DNA from: a virus
IMG/VR virus record: IMGVR_UViG_3300045988_118866
Span: 10,950-74,949 of that record
DNA length: 64,000 nucleotides
Reading direction: 5' to 3' (one strand)
Under the pieces are notes generated by a model that saw only the letters and a list, made by a program, of their open reading frames with translations, was not told the DNA's origin and did no database searches. Both the position numbers and the translations under genes were made by a program. This document shows positions 18,328-28,440 of this stretch, piece after piece (position 1 is the first letter of the stretch; each line of letters begins with the position of its first letter).

Positions 18328-18360
18328 AAAGGCTCTCTTAATTGAGAGCCTTTTTTCTTT
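18328..18360 (+). terminator. rho-independent terminator
   Basis: aaaggctctcttaattgagagccttttttctttt. Confidence 0.7.
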
Positions 18361-18377
18361 TGGCCGAATTTAATATA

Positions 18378-18410
18378 TTGACATTTCCAAAAATTAATAT
18401 ATAATGTAGA
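18378..18410 (+). promoter_or_regulatory. promoter-like TTGACA-N16-TATAAT upstream of tail fiber 18572
   Basis: ttgacatttccaaaaattaatatataat. Confidence 0.4.
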
Positions 18411-18571
18411 TAGAAATTTAAGTTTGAAATTGATAACTTAAAATTTATAATATATTTGGTTTTACTCTTTTGGAAATGATTATTGAGAAAACTATTTTTA
18501 AATGGTGTTACTTCTAATTATACAAAAGAGGTAACACCATTTTTTTTATTTCTTCAAAGAAAGGAGATAAC

Positions 18572-20088
18572 ATGGCAAAGATATATAAAGGGCGCATATC
18601 TCAAAAACACGATACTAGTGAAAATTGGGAAAAAGCTGGTAATTTTGTCCCTTTAGCAGGCGAGTTAATTATATATGATGATTTGCGTAAAATAAAAATC
18701 GGCACAGGATCTACTAAAATAAAAGATTTACCTTTTGAAGCAATTGATGGAGCTTAGATTAGCGGTGGTATTAATTCTATTGGCAATGAACCAACTCACG
18801 TTGCTATAAATCCTGCTATTAATGGCGCCGGATTTGAAAGATTAAAAGGTTCTACAATTAAAATTTATTATGGCGATTATGAAATGCCTTTTAATACAAC
18901 TGCCATTGATAGTCTTTTTGACGGTAAAGCAAGAACTTATATTAACTTTTGCGGAGGATTTGCTGGGGATTTTGATTGGAATAGCTCTAAAACTTATCCT
19001 GCTGGAGCTTATGTAAAAGTTAATAATATTTGGTATAAAGCAATTAGTGAAAATACTAATATAAATCCAATATCTAATAATACTATTTGGGAAAATGTTT
19101 AGTCTCTCGCCGGAGAAGATTATTCATCTTATATAAATCTTAATGATATTCCAATAATAATAGATATTACTTTTTCAAATAGTATTAAATTTGAAAATTC
19201 TTTAGCATTATATTGGCGCGCTTATGGGTAGAATCCTAATTATATTAAAGTTGAAAAATATCGAGAAAATTATGGATGGTATACAGTTGAAGAATAGAAA
19301 GATATTCATTAGAATTAGACCGTAACGAATATCTATTTAGCAAATAATAATCCTCCTTAGAAACAATATCCCGGTAACGAAAATAAAATGCGTATTACTA
19401 TGTATGCACGTCCTAAGCAGGCTTGGTTTGCGCTTATTCAATTAGCTATAACTGGTATTTATGGCGGAATTGATGGTACTCTTTTAAATAGAGGTGGGGA
19501 AGTATCACTCCTTATAAAAAAAATGCTGCGGATTTAGGTTCAAGTAGTCTACCTTGGAATTATATTTATGCTTCTGGATACAAAGGCGAATCAGGTGATA
19601 TGACTTCTTCTTTTACTTAGGGATCGATAAGAAATAATCTTACTTCTGGAGATACTTTGCGCACAATTTTTGGAAAGATTTCTAAATGGTTCGCAGATTT
19701 GGGTTCATTAGCTTTTAAAAATAAAATCTCAAAAGACGATTTAGATAGTGATTTATAGAATAATTTAAGTAGTAGTAAGACTTTAATAGTTCAAGGATCA
19801 TACGTCGGAAACTGTACTAAAGGGACAGCAGGAACTTATTCTCAAAAAATAGAAACAGGGTTTCCTGTTAAAGGTGTTATTCTTTGCTCAGATACTTCTA
19901 AATCAATAAATAATAACGCTACAAATCAAGCATTTATGTTAAATAAAGCTATGTCTTCCCCATTTTTTGAAAGTTACGATGCAGGTTTTATTATTAAAGA
20001 AGTTTCTACACCTGGCACTAAAGGCAATTATACTTATACAGGTTTTAATTATTTAGGGACTGAATATTATTTTATAGCTTTTGGATAA
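18572..20088 (+). CDS. tail fiber protein; requires a -1 frame change at the A8 tract 19516-19523 (plus 5 TAG)
   Basis: The incoming frame with the motif KAGNFVPLAGELIIYDDLRKIKIGTGSTKIKDLPF runs to TGA at 19595. The -1 frame is open from 19489 to TAA 20086 and reads ADLGSSSLPWNYIYASGY. The two frames overlap only across AAAAAAAA. Confidence 0.55.
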
Positions 20089-20121
20089 ATAAATAATTTT
20101 TTTAAAGAAAGGAGATAGCTA

Positions 20122-20376
20122 ATGAGTGCTGAAGTGATGAGCGGTGGTGGAGGAAGCCCTAATTTACAAGATAAAATTGTTACACCATCAACATCTTCTC
20201 AAATTATAATACCTGATAATAATTATGATGGTTTATCTAAAGTAACTGTTAATGCCATGCCAGCTGGTATTCTTAACAATCCTACTATTAATAGTAATGG
20301 TTTAATTACTTCAAGCGTAGGAACTAGTGGCTATTTATCAAGTGGAACAAGTAAAACATTACAATTATCTACTTAG
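20122..20376 (+). repeat. about 255-bp module duplicated at 21503-21757 (about 80% identity)
   Basis: atgagtgctgaagtgatgagcggtggtggaggaagccct... versus atgagcgccgaagtgatgagtggtggcggaggaagccct.... Confidence 0.7.
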
Positions 20377-20910
20377 GGGTCAAAAACTATAATCCCTGGA
20401 AGATATTCTCAAACTGCGGTTAGCAGTGGAAAATATACAACTGGAGCTGTAACTGTAAGTGGAAGTAGTAATTTAGTTGCTGGAAATATTAAAAGTGGAA
20501 TAAGTATTTTTGGAGTAACTGGAACTTTATCAAGCACTCCAATAGAAGTAAGAAAAATTTAGCCTTCTCAAGGAACCACAACTTATACTTTTATTCCTAC
20601 AAAATTCAGTTTTTATGACAGAACATTATATCCATATCAAATCATAATGATTCGTGAAGGATATAGTTATAAATGTGGCTTTATTGCTCTTCAAAGCTAT
20701 ATGACAAATCAAAATTGGGGCGGAAAACTTTGGGCGAGTTACACTGATTGGAACGGGAATGCTGTTACTTCAGTTAATAGCTATATTGAAGTAACTTGGA
20801 ATTATGGTAATACAGGAAAATTTACTATTACATTAGAAAATAATTCTGATATTTACTTTAGCGGAGACCCATATTATTTATATGTAATATGTGAAAAAGC
20901 CCCAACTTAA
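20122..20910 (+). CDS. tail fiber/structural protein, paralog of 21503 gene (2 TAG)
   Basis: N-terminus MSAEVMSGGGGSPNLQDKIVTPSTSSQ...GLSKVTVNAMPAG is ~80% identical at the DNA level to 21503-21757. Confidence 0.65.
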
Positions 20911-20939
20911 TATAAATTATTTGAAATAGGAGGTTTAAT

Positions 20940-21506
20940 ATGGCAATTCCAAAAGTAATAAATATATTACGTAAAGGTGTAGAATATAACACTGAAACAT
21001 ATTGGAACGCGCAAACTGATTATATTCCAGCGTCAGGATCAATTATTGTTTATACTGATTTAAATAAAATGAAAATTGGCGATGGCACAACTAAACTCGG
21101 AGATTTAAATTTTATTTCTGTACCAGCCGAAGGAAATAGCGGAGACGCTCTTGTAAAAAATGAAAAAGGTAGCAAATGGGAAACTCCCGTAGAAGCTACT
21201 TTAGTTGAATTACCTATTGGAACTTTAAAAAGTGATGGTACAACAATTACAGCGATTACTACAAAATATTTAACAACTACTTTAACTGTAGCTAATTGGA
21301 GTAATAAAACTTATAGTTTTGAAACAACTTATCCAAATAGTTAGTATGATATTACTGTCTTTATTGCTCCAACTGCTACTACTGCTGAATATGATGCTTT
21401 TTCTAATGCTAAAATTTGCGGTGATGCCACTCAAAACATAATTAAGGCTATTGGCACTGTTCCTACTATTGCTATTCCAATTATTATAAAGGTAGTAAGC
21501 AAATGA
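20940..21506 (+). CDS. tail fiber N-terminal-motif paralog (1 TAG)
   Basis: Motif ASGSIIVYTDLNKMKIGDGTTKLGDLNF. TGA at 21504-21506 overlaps the ATG of the next gene (ATGA). Confidence 0.6.
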
Positions 21507-22267
21507 GCGCCGAAGTGATGAGTGGTGGCGGAGGAAGCCCTAAATTACAAACTAAAACAGTTTCTCCTTCTACTTCTTCTTAGAATGTAGCGCCTGATAA
21601 TGGCTATGATGGACTGTCTAAAGTAACTGTTAATGCTATGCCGACAGGTTCTTTAAGTGGAATTAGCGTGAATAGTAATGGTTTAATTACTTCAAGCGTA
21701 GGGACTAGCGGTTATCTTTCAAGTGGAACGAACAAGACGTTACAATTATCGACTTAGAGTGGTATTACAATAACTCCTGGGACTGATACAAAAATTGCTG
21801 TTAGTAATGGAAAATATACTACAGGTACAATACAAGTTCAAGGAGATAGTAATCTTATTCCTGAAAATATTGTATCTGGAGTATCTATCTTTGGAGTTAC
21901 TGGAACTCGATAGGATTTTTTTTATTGTATTACTCGAGCTGGAAATACACTTTTTGGCAATACGCAGACAATATATTGGGATGGTATAGCTATGCCCCCT
22001 AATTTTTAGATGCAATCTATCTCAATTAAGCCAAATGGATATTACGTCCCTTCTGATGGAGGGATTTATGCTTTTTTAGACGGATATTATGCTGTAAATG
22101 GTGATGTATTTTAGTTTGATGGATATAATAATAATAATATTAATTTTTCACACTTTTTTGACCAAAATTCTTCAAAATTTTATATGACGATTGGCAATTC
22201 AAGTTATTATTGGTCAAATACATATTATACATTAAATATTACTGGATATATTATACCATCTCAATAA
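21503..22267 (+). CDS. tail fiber/structural protein, paralog of 20122 gene (several TAG)
   Basis: One frame from ATG 21503 to TAA 22265-22267 once the TAGs at 21581, 21755, 21911, 22007, 22112 etc. are read as Gln. Confidence 0.55.
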
Positions 22268-22313
22268 ATATTTATCAATCTAAAATAATCTCTTAGAAGA
22301 AAGGAGATAATCA

Positions 22314-23171
22314 ATGAAAATATTATTACAAAATAAAAATATTGTTCTTACTAATAATAGTTTAATTTCTATTGATAGTGATAATATCGCGGAGAATGGT
22401 AATTTAGTAAGAACAAAGTAGGATTCTAAAAATAATATTATAAAAATAAATAATTCTTTAGTGCGCGCAAAAGTCGCTTCTGACCTCCCTATTATTCCTC
22501 CAAAAGGTTCAATTGTGAAGATGAATTTGGATGGGAGTGAAAGGCAATATAGAGTATTAAGTGTAAATGGAAATGTTTGTAAAGTATTGGGAATGTGGGA
22601 TGATTTTACAAGTAAATATAATGAAACAAGTACAACTACTACTTTTGGAAGTACTACTGCTCAAAAATATGAAGATTCTATTTTAGATATATATTTGAAT
22701 ACAACTTGGTATAATACATTGTCAAGTGAAGCAAAGAATGCTATTGTACCCGAGAATGTAGTACAGTATTGTTATAAATACTATGATGAACCAAATACAC
22801 CAAACACTCCAACTTATACATATCAATATCAATATAATGGGAATAAATCAGACTATGAAAACGCAGATAATGTTGGCAATGTCGTAGTAGGTAATAGAAA
22901 TGTATTTGCACTTGATTTGAAAGATATTTTTGATTATATAGGTAAAGTATGTATTACATCTGATGAACTAATGACTATGTTTTGGAATAGCACAACTAAA
23001 GTATCTAAATATCTGTGGTTGCGATCCTCTCGTGCCTCTAGTTCTGCTTCTGCGTGGACTGTGATTGGCTACACTGGTAATTTGGGCAACTTTGGTGTGA
23101 TCGATTCTTATGTTGTGCGGCCCGCGCTTAATCTTGACCTCTCAAAAATTGAATGGTCTACCATGACTTAA
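22314..23171 (+). CDS. hypothetical structural protein (1 TAG)
   Basis: RBS GAAAGGAGATAATCA then ATG 22314. It joins the 22461 track ORF. Confidence 0.55.
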
Positions 23172-23204
23172 ACAATAAAAAATCTTTAAAGAAAGGAAAA
23201 TAAT

Positions 23205-24329
23205 ATGGCTAATAAAACATATCAAGGTCGTATAGTCCAAAAGCATGATAATTCAGCAAATTGGGTGAAAGCGACTAATTTTATTCCTTTAAAAGGCGAA
23301 ATTATCATCTATGATGATTTAAATAAAATAAAAATCGGCGATGGAACAACTAAAGTTAATGATTTAGATTTTAATTCTTGTCTTCCTGACGGCGGAACCG
23401 CTGGTGATGCTTTAGTAAAAGACACAGATGGCGGAAAATGGGAAACTCCTGTTGAAGCTACTCTTGTTTCTCTCCCAGCTGGTATTTTAAAAAGTGATGG
23501 TACTACTATTACCGCGGCAACCGCAGGTATTGATTATCACTCAGTTACTAATAAATATACTTTCACCGTATCTGATTCTACACAATCAACATTCACTATT
23601 CCTTTTGATTTCAACAATGATTCTGGTACATTAACTGCTTATTATAATGGCGTAATGATGAAAGAAACTGATAACTATACTATCAGTAATAATACTCTTA
23701 CATTAGTAGATTGGACTGCTAAAAAAGGTGATTATCTTACAGTAATGGGTATTGAGGGCGCTGCCTCTGTTAATGTTGATGCTAAACTCGCTTTAATCCA
23801 ATAGGCAGTTGATAAAGCTAGTTCTGATATGGATTCTAAGGTGGCTTCCGCATCTACTGACATTAATAATAAAGTAAGTAGTGCTATTAAGCAAATTGAT
23901 GATAAATTAGCCACTATTCCTGACGATGTAGAGCAAGCAGTCTACAAAAATAAATCTAATATAATGACCGCCAGCGGTAAAATTACTATGGATAGTAGTT
24001 ATACTCCTTCCGCGAATGGCGATGTAGTTACCAAAAAATATGTAGATGATAGTGCTATTGGATTATTTTCAAGTACTAAAAATGGTATTGTTCCAAAATC
24101 AGACGGTAGCACTACTAAATACTTGCGCGCGGACGGTTCTTGGTCTACAATAGATAAAACTCCTGTAATTGGAACTACTACTGACTACGCTATTTATATT
24201 GGATCTACTAAACCTGCATCTGGAACTACGCCATTGCTTTGGGTTGATACTACAAGTTCTACGGGTTATTTAAAATATAGAACTTCTACTACTGGCACTT
24301 GGACCACTGTTCCTGTTGCTTGGTCTTAA
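23205..24329 (+). CDS. tail fiber protein (1 TAG), N-motif plus C-terminal LLWVDTTSSTGYLKY module
   Basis: Motif KGEIIIYDDLNKIKIGDGTTKVNDLDF. The C-terminal module is shared with the next gene. Confidence 0.7.
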
Positions 24330-24353
24330 TATTTAAGAAAGGAGTAAATAATT

Positions 24354-24947
24354 ATGTCTAAACCTTTACTTTTTCAACAGCTGCTTAGCGCGACTGAAAA
24401 TAATCAAACTAACGTAACTATTGGTGATGCTACAATTAATAAAGATGGTACAATAACTGGTACAATATTACAAACTACTGGTGCTACCAATAAAGCTGGT
24501 AAATTTGCTACCATAAATAACGGGTAGATTTATTATCGTGAACCAGCAGAAGTGTTAGCTGATATTGGAGCGGCTGCTGAAACTTCTATCAATAATTTGT
24601 CTACTGAAATTACTACTTTAAAGACTTCTGATTCAACCTTAAAAGATAATTTAACTGACCTTGAAACGAATTATTAGACTTTAAATAATTCAGTATCTTC
24701 TTTAAAAACAGCAAATACAACTACTGCTTCAAAATTAGATACTTTACAAACTCAACAAACTAGTTTCTCAGAGGATTTAAAAACATTAAGTAATACTGTA
24801 TCTACTACATTAACAAAAGTTTTCTCTATAGGAACAACTGCTCCAACAGACAAAAAACTCCTTTGGATAGATACTACATCAAATTCTGGATTAAAATATT
24901 ATAATGGTTCCGCTTGGGTTACGATGCCCGTCTGTTGGGGCGACTAA
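24354..24947 (+). CDS. tail fiber-like protein (2 TAG) sharing C-terminal module LLWIDTTSNSGLKYY
   Basis: RBS AAGAAAGGAG. The ORF is open to TAA 24945-24947 only when TAG is read through. Confidence 0.55.
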
Positions 24948-24950
24948 TTT

Positions 24951-25445
24951 ATGGAACACCGCATTAAAATTTTTTTCTTTTTAGATCAAGAAGATTTTGG
25001 TGATAAACGTAATTGTTCTTTAACGAGTATAACATCTATTTGTTATACTCGTTTCAGAAATCCTTCTATTAAAGAAATCTATAATATAGTCGAATCTATT
25101 GGAAAAAAATATTGTTATAATGATAAACGAGGAACTAATCCTTTGCTTATTAAAAATATTTTTAATAAATCTTTAGAGTATTTTTCTAAACAAAAATGTC
25201 AAACTAGTTCAAAGTATTTAAAAGAAATTGGGTATAATTTTACTACAATTAAAAATTTAATTGATATGAATAAACCTGTTATTCTATCTTTCTGGAAATG
25301 TGAAAAATATTCTAATCATACAATTACAATAATTGGATATGATGATAAAACACAAGATTTAATAATTGCGGATAACTGGTCCAAAAGGCCATAGAAAATT
25401 AATTATAAAAATATCTCAACAATTTCTTCAATAAACTACTTTTAA
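24951..25445 (+). CDS. papain-like cysteine peptidase (C39-like/BtrH-like) family protein
   Basis: Motifs ILSFWKCEKYSNHTITIIGYDD...LIIADNW. TAG at 25392 extends the ORF to TAA 25443-25445. Confidence 0.45.
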
Positions 25446-25453
25446 AAATTTTT

Positions 25454-25492
25454 TGACATTTTTAAAAAAATAATATATAATATATATAGAAA
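25454..25492 (+). promoter_or_regulatory. conserved promoter upstream of interrupted tRNA
   Basis: ttgacatttttaaaaaaataatatataat. Confidence 0.55.
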
Positions 25493-25645
25493 GTTGAGAG
25501 AGAAAGATTTTAAAAATTTTTTCTCTTATACTTTTTCTTTCGGCAACGAACTCTTTAATTGATAAGTTAAAGAGATTGGGAGAAAGAACGCGGGAACTGC
25601 GTTAGTGCCAATATGCTGGATTAGCTCAGCTGGTAGAGCAATTGA

Positions 25646-26123
25646 TTTGTCAATCAAACTCAATGAAAAAAATATGGAATTAACTTCTAAGCAAAAGGGA
25701 AATTTAACCGAGCTCCAATGTTTAACAGCCTTTATAGAGCAAGGTTGTGGAGTTAGTATTCCGTATGGAGATAACTCTAAATATGATTTCATTGCAGATG
25801 TGAATGGCGCTCTATTAAAAATTCAAGTCAAAACTTCTTCTCTTAAAGATGAAAATGCAATTCAATTTTCATGTAGAACCACTCATGTAAATTGCGCAGG
25901 AGTAAAAAATGAGAGATATTCAAGTGATGACATTGATTTCTTTGCAACTTATTGGAACAATCAGTGTTATTTAGTTCCTGTTGCAGAAAGTTCAGTTACG
26001 AAAACTTTACGATTTGCTCCTCCAAAAAGTGGGCAAATGAAGGGAATTAGTTTTGCCTCTGAGTATGAGTTAGCAAAACAATTATCCAAGTTAGGAGGAA
26101 GTAATTGAGCATTGATAGATAAA
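25646..26123 (+). mobile_element. intron-like insertion in tRNA anticodon loop (group I intron candidate) with PD-(D/E)xK endonuclease ORF
   Basis: Bounded by tRNA exon halves with complementary acceptor and anticodon stems. Taking a 5' exon ending in U and an insert ending in G places the junction at tt|...g|ataaa. Confidence 0.5.
25674..26108 (+). CDS. intron-encoded PD-(D/E)xK (Hjc-like) endonuclease candidate, inside interrupted tRNA
   Basis: ORF lies wholly between the two tRNA exons. Motif YDFIADVNGALLKIQVK. Confidence 0.5.
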   Translation: MELTSKQKGNLTELQCLTAFIEQGCGVSIPYGDNSKYDFIADVNGALLKIQVKTSSLKDENAIQFSCRTTHVNCAGVKNERYSSDDIDFFATYWNNQCYLVPVAESSVTKTLRFAPPKSGQMKGISFASEYELAKQLSKLGGSN

Positions 26124-26203
26124 TCAATAGGTCGGGGGTTCGAATCCGTCATCCAGCTCCATTAATCAAAAGATTAAAATAAATGTGTAAAAGGTGTAAA
26201 ATT

Positions 26204-26554
26204 ATGAATTATTCTCTGGACAAGTATAAGTTTTATGAGTACAATGATCCCAAGGGTAAGAAGACCGTGAGCGCGGTTTCCACGTATGCCGGTCGGACAG
26301 TCAAAGGCTATGCTAAGTGTGATCCTCGTGATAGTTTTAATGTTGAAAATGGCAAGAAGCTCGCGGCCGCGCGTTGTAATGCGAAGGTTTCCGCAAAGCG
26401 CATGAAGCGCGCTGAGTATAAGATGAAGGAAGCTCAGACTCTTCTTGATCAGGCTCAGGCTCATTACAACAAGATGGTGAATTATTTCAACGATGCTTCT
26501 CGTGATAAGTCTTTTGCCGAGAATGAGGTAAATTGTCTCCTTAAGGAGATGTAA
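26204..26554 (+). CDS. hypothetical protein, paralog of 50161 gene
   Basis: Shared segment AKCDPRD.../AKCHPDD.... A hairpin terminator at 26560-26590 follows. Confidence 0.5.
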   Translation: MNYSLDKYKFYEYNDPKGKKTVSAVSTYAGRTVKGYAKCDPRDSFNVENGKKLAAARCNAKVSAKRMKRAEYKMKEAQTLLDQAQAHYNKMVNYFNDASRDKSFAENEVNCLLKEM

Positions 26555-26559
26555 TAAAT

Positions 26560-26590
26560 AAGGAGAAGATTTTCTTCTCCTTTATATGCG
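26560..26590 (+). terminator. rho-independent terminator
   Basis: aaggagaagattttcttctcctttatat. Confidence 0.6.
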
Positions 26591-26677
26591 GGCGTGGTAG
26601 AGTTTGGCTTATTACACCGGTCTTGAAAACCGGCGAGGGGCAACCCTCCAGAGGTTCGAATCCTCTCGCCCGCGCCA
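26588..26677 (+). tRNA. tRNA-Ser(TGA), type II
   Basis: gcgggcg/cgcccgc, anticodon ccggt-ctTGAaa-accgg, long variable arm, T-arm agagg-ttcgaat-cctct, CCA. Confidence 0.75.
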
Positions 26678-26702
26678 ACTAATTTAATAAGGAGGATATT
26701 AT

Positions 26703-26996
26703 ATGAAATCTAATTCTCGTGCTTATAATCGTGATGTTTCCAAAAGAAAAGCGTTGAGAAAGCGTAGAATCACCAAAGAAGTGTATGGTGATCTTACTCA
26801 TCCTTATTATGATAATTTACATCAATATTCAAAAAATAAAATCCATTGTTCATGTCCTATGTGCTCGGCCAAGAGTAAAAATAGAGGAAAAAGACGTGGA
26901 AAAGCGTGGAATTATTCTCCTACTTATAATTGGAAGATCGCGGATTTGCGTAAATTCAATAAGATGGACATGAGCTGTGAGGACGCGGGCGTGTAA
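26703..26996 (+). CDS. hypothetical basic zinc-finger-like protein (97 aa)
   Basis: RBS AAGGAGG. Motif HCSCPMC. A terminator follows. Confidence 0.5.
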   Translation: MKSNSRAYNRDVSKRKALRKRRITKEVYGDLTHPYYDNLHQYSKNKIHCSCPMCSAKSKNRGKRRGKAWNYSPTYNWKIADLRKFNKMDMSCEDAGV

Positions 26997-27015
26997 AGTA
27001 AAAATACTTTACACC
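26983..27015 (+). terminator. terminator hairpin sharing core with 6190 terminator
   Basis: gcgtgtaaagtaaaaatactttacacc. Confidence 0.55.
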
Positions 27016-27030
27016 AATTTCCGCAATTTT

Positions 27031-27068
27031 TTGACATTTTTAAAAATTTAATATATAATATATATAGA
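27031..27068 (+). promoter_or_regulatory. conserved promoter driving permuted-tRNA cassette 27076
   Basis: ttgacatttttaaaaatttaatatataat. Confidence 0.55.
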
Positions 27069-27075
27069 AAATGAA

Positions 27076-27211
27076 AAAAGACTTTAACAGCAAAAATGGA
27101 CTGTAAATCCGTCGCTGATGCTACGCAGGTTCGAATCCTGCCCTCCCCACCACCATATGGCGGAGGTAGGGAAGTGGTTAAACCCAATGGAACTGAAAAT
27201 AATAAGTCTTG
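27076..27211 (+). ncRNA. candidate permuted tRNA gene #3, Tyr(GTA)-like (3' portion 27096-27152 with intact anticodon arm; 5' portion 27160-27191)
   Basis: 3' portion atgga-ctGTAaa-tccgt-12 nt variable-gcagg-ttcgaat-cctgc-cctcccc-a-cca. After the linker ccatatg comes gcggagg-ta-ggg-aagtggttaaa-ccc-a-atgga. The stem strand atgga is present in both portions. Flanks are aaaagactt and aagtcttg. Confidence 0.45.
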
Positions 27212-27230
27212 TTTTTGAATTAAAAATTTT

Positions 27231-27270
27231 TTGACATTTTATAAAAAATATTATATAATATTTATATAAA
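27231..27270 (+). promoter_or_regulatory. conserved promoter driving cassette 27277 and tRNA-Leu(TAA)
   Basis: ttgacattttataaaaaatattatataat. Confidence 0.55.
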
Positions 27271-27276
27271 ATGAAG

Positions 27277-27344
27277 AAAGACCTTATCAGCAAATATAAG
27301 AATAAAATCTTTACCAAACTTCAAGGATGTTATTTGAGGTCTTG
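27277..27344 (+). other. leader/trailer cassette (no tRNA) after promoter 27231; explains spurious ORF 27271..27498
   Basis: aaagacct-tatcagcaaatataag ... gaggtcttg. Confidence 0.45.
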
Positions 27345-27451
27345 TAAATATTATCTAAAGCCCGTGAGAGAAAAAATAGACGGACTGAGCGTCAGTAATT
27401 CTGGCTGGAACTTGAAGAGGAAGTTGTTGGCTGACATCAAAGCTGATATCT

Positions 27452-27539
27452 GCGGGCGTGGCGGAACTGGCAGACGCCTGGGACTTAAAATCCCATGAGG
27501 TGAACCCTCGTACGAGTTCGAGTCTCGTCGCCCGCACCA
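27452..27539 (+). tRNA. tRNA-Leu(TAA), type II
   Basis: gcgggcg/cgcccgc, D-arm gcggaactggcagacgc, anticodon tggga-ctTAAaa-tccca, long variable arm, T-arm acgag-ttcgagt-ctcgt, CCA. Confidence 0.75.
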
Positions 27540-27616
27540 TTAATAAAATATAAGGAGTGAGTCCAATGGGTTCTCGAATGGTTATCTTTTAACATCTTTT
27601 AAAGGAGGTTAAAAGA

Positions 27617-27928
27617 ATGAGTAGAAGTAGAAAAAAGACACCTTATAGTGGCGACCGCAAAGATCGTGGTTATAAGAGATACGCAAATAAAAAAGTTCGT
27701 CAAAAACTAAAAAATTCTGAAGAAATTTATAATCATAAAGAATATAAAAAAATTTTTTGTTCTTATGATATTTGTGATTATTATACCATAGAAGGTGATT
27801 TTGAAACTTTTTATAAAAATGAAATTTCACGTTGGTATCGTTGGCGAGTATATCCTTATTTAAATTATGAATTTCCTACTCGTGAAAAAGCATATCAAGA
27901 TTATATGCGATATTACATTAGGAAATAA
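27617..27928 (+). CDS. hypothetical basic protein (103 aa)
   Basis: RBS AAAGGAGG. Confidence 0.5.
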   Translation: MSRSRKKTPYSGDRKDRGYKRYANKKVRQKLKNSEEIYNHKEYKKIFCSYDICDYYTIEGDFETFYKNEISRWYRWRVYPYLNYEFPTREKAYQDYMRYYIRK

Positions 27929-27934
27929 GAAAAT

Positions 27935-27972
27935 TTGACATTTTTAAAAATTTAATATATAATAAATATATA
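27935..27972 (+). promoter_or_regulatory. conserved promoter upstream of tRNA-Gly
   Basis: ttgacatttttaaaaatttaatatataat. Confidence 0.5.
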
Positions 27973-28051
27973 AAACGTATAAAATTTTTTTCAATTCTTA
28001 TTCTCTTTATTGATTGTTTAGCATTTTCAACAATATAAAGAAAATGCTTAC

Positions 28052-28127
28052 GCAGGATTGGTGTTAGCGGCTAGCATTCCGGTCTTCCAAACCGGCGGGG
28101 CCAGTTCGAATCTGGTATCTTGCTCCA
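28052..28127 (+). tRNA. tRNA-Gly(TCC)
   Basis: gcaggat/atcttgc, anticodon ccggt-ctTCCaa-accgg, T-arm gccag-ttcgaat-ctggt, CCA. Confidence 0.65.
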
Positions 28128-28180
28128 TAGTTATTAATTCGGTCTATGATAAATCGCGATGCCTGATTAATTAACTAACA

Positions 28181-28286
28181 TAGAGCCATGCAGCAAATTC
28201 TTTTTACTGGTTCGCCAGTGCTATTAACTTATTTTAAGTTTCTACTAAAAGGATTGATGTAAAATCAAATGCTTGTAGGTCTATGA
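28181..28286 (+). other. leader/trailer cassette variant (catagagcc ... ggtctatg)
   Basis: Flank inverted repeats with a cagcaaattc core. Confidence 0.35.
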
Positions 28287-28440
28287 GTATGATATAATAA
28301 GTAATATAAATGGCTTGGCTCTAGAATTTAAAGCCGTTTATATGAAAATTATATTAGAAAATAGACGATTTGTTCTCTTTGGAGGATTGTTTGAAAAAAC
28401 TAAAAAATTAAGAGAGCAGGTTAGATTATAAATAACTATT

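Larger units (their letters stand above)
25615..26161 (+). tRNA. tRNA interrupted by about 470-bp intron-like insertion carrying an endonuclease ORF
   Basis: 5' exon gctggat-ta-gctc-agctggta-gagc-a-attga (25615-25645). 3' exon tcaat-aggtc-ggggg-ttcgaat-ccgtc-atccagc-t-cca (26124-26161). The acceptor pairs 7/7 and the anticodon stem attga/tcaat pairs 5/5. An imperfect 17-nt direct repeat (gagc-a-ttgat...atcaa) flanks the insert, so the mature anticodon is ambiguous. Confidence 0.6.

Noticed and set aside
21746-22015. Minus-strand ORF 21746..22015 and +-strand ORF 21795..21989
   Set aside because: Both lie inside the TAG-recoded tail-fibre paralog 21503-22267 and in other frames.
27271-27498. 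75-aa ORF MKKDLISKYKNKIF...
   Set aside because: Its first 25 codons are the conserved AAAGACCTTATCAGCAAAT leader cassette and its 3' end is tRNA-Leu(TAA). It is a non-coding cassette-plus-tRNA unit.
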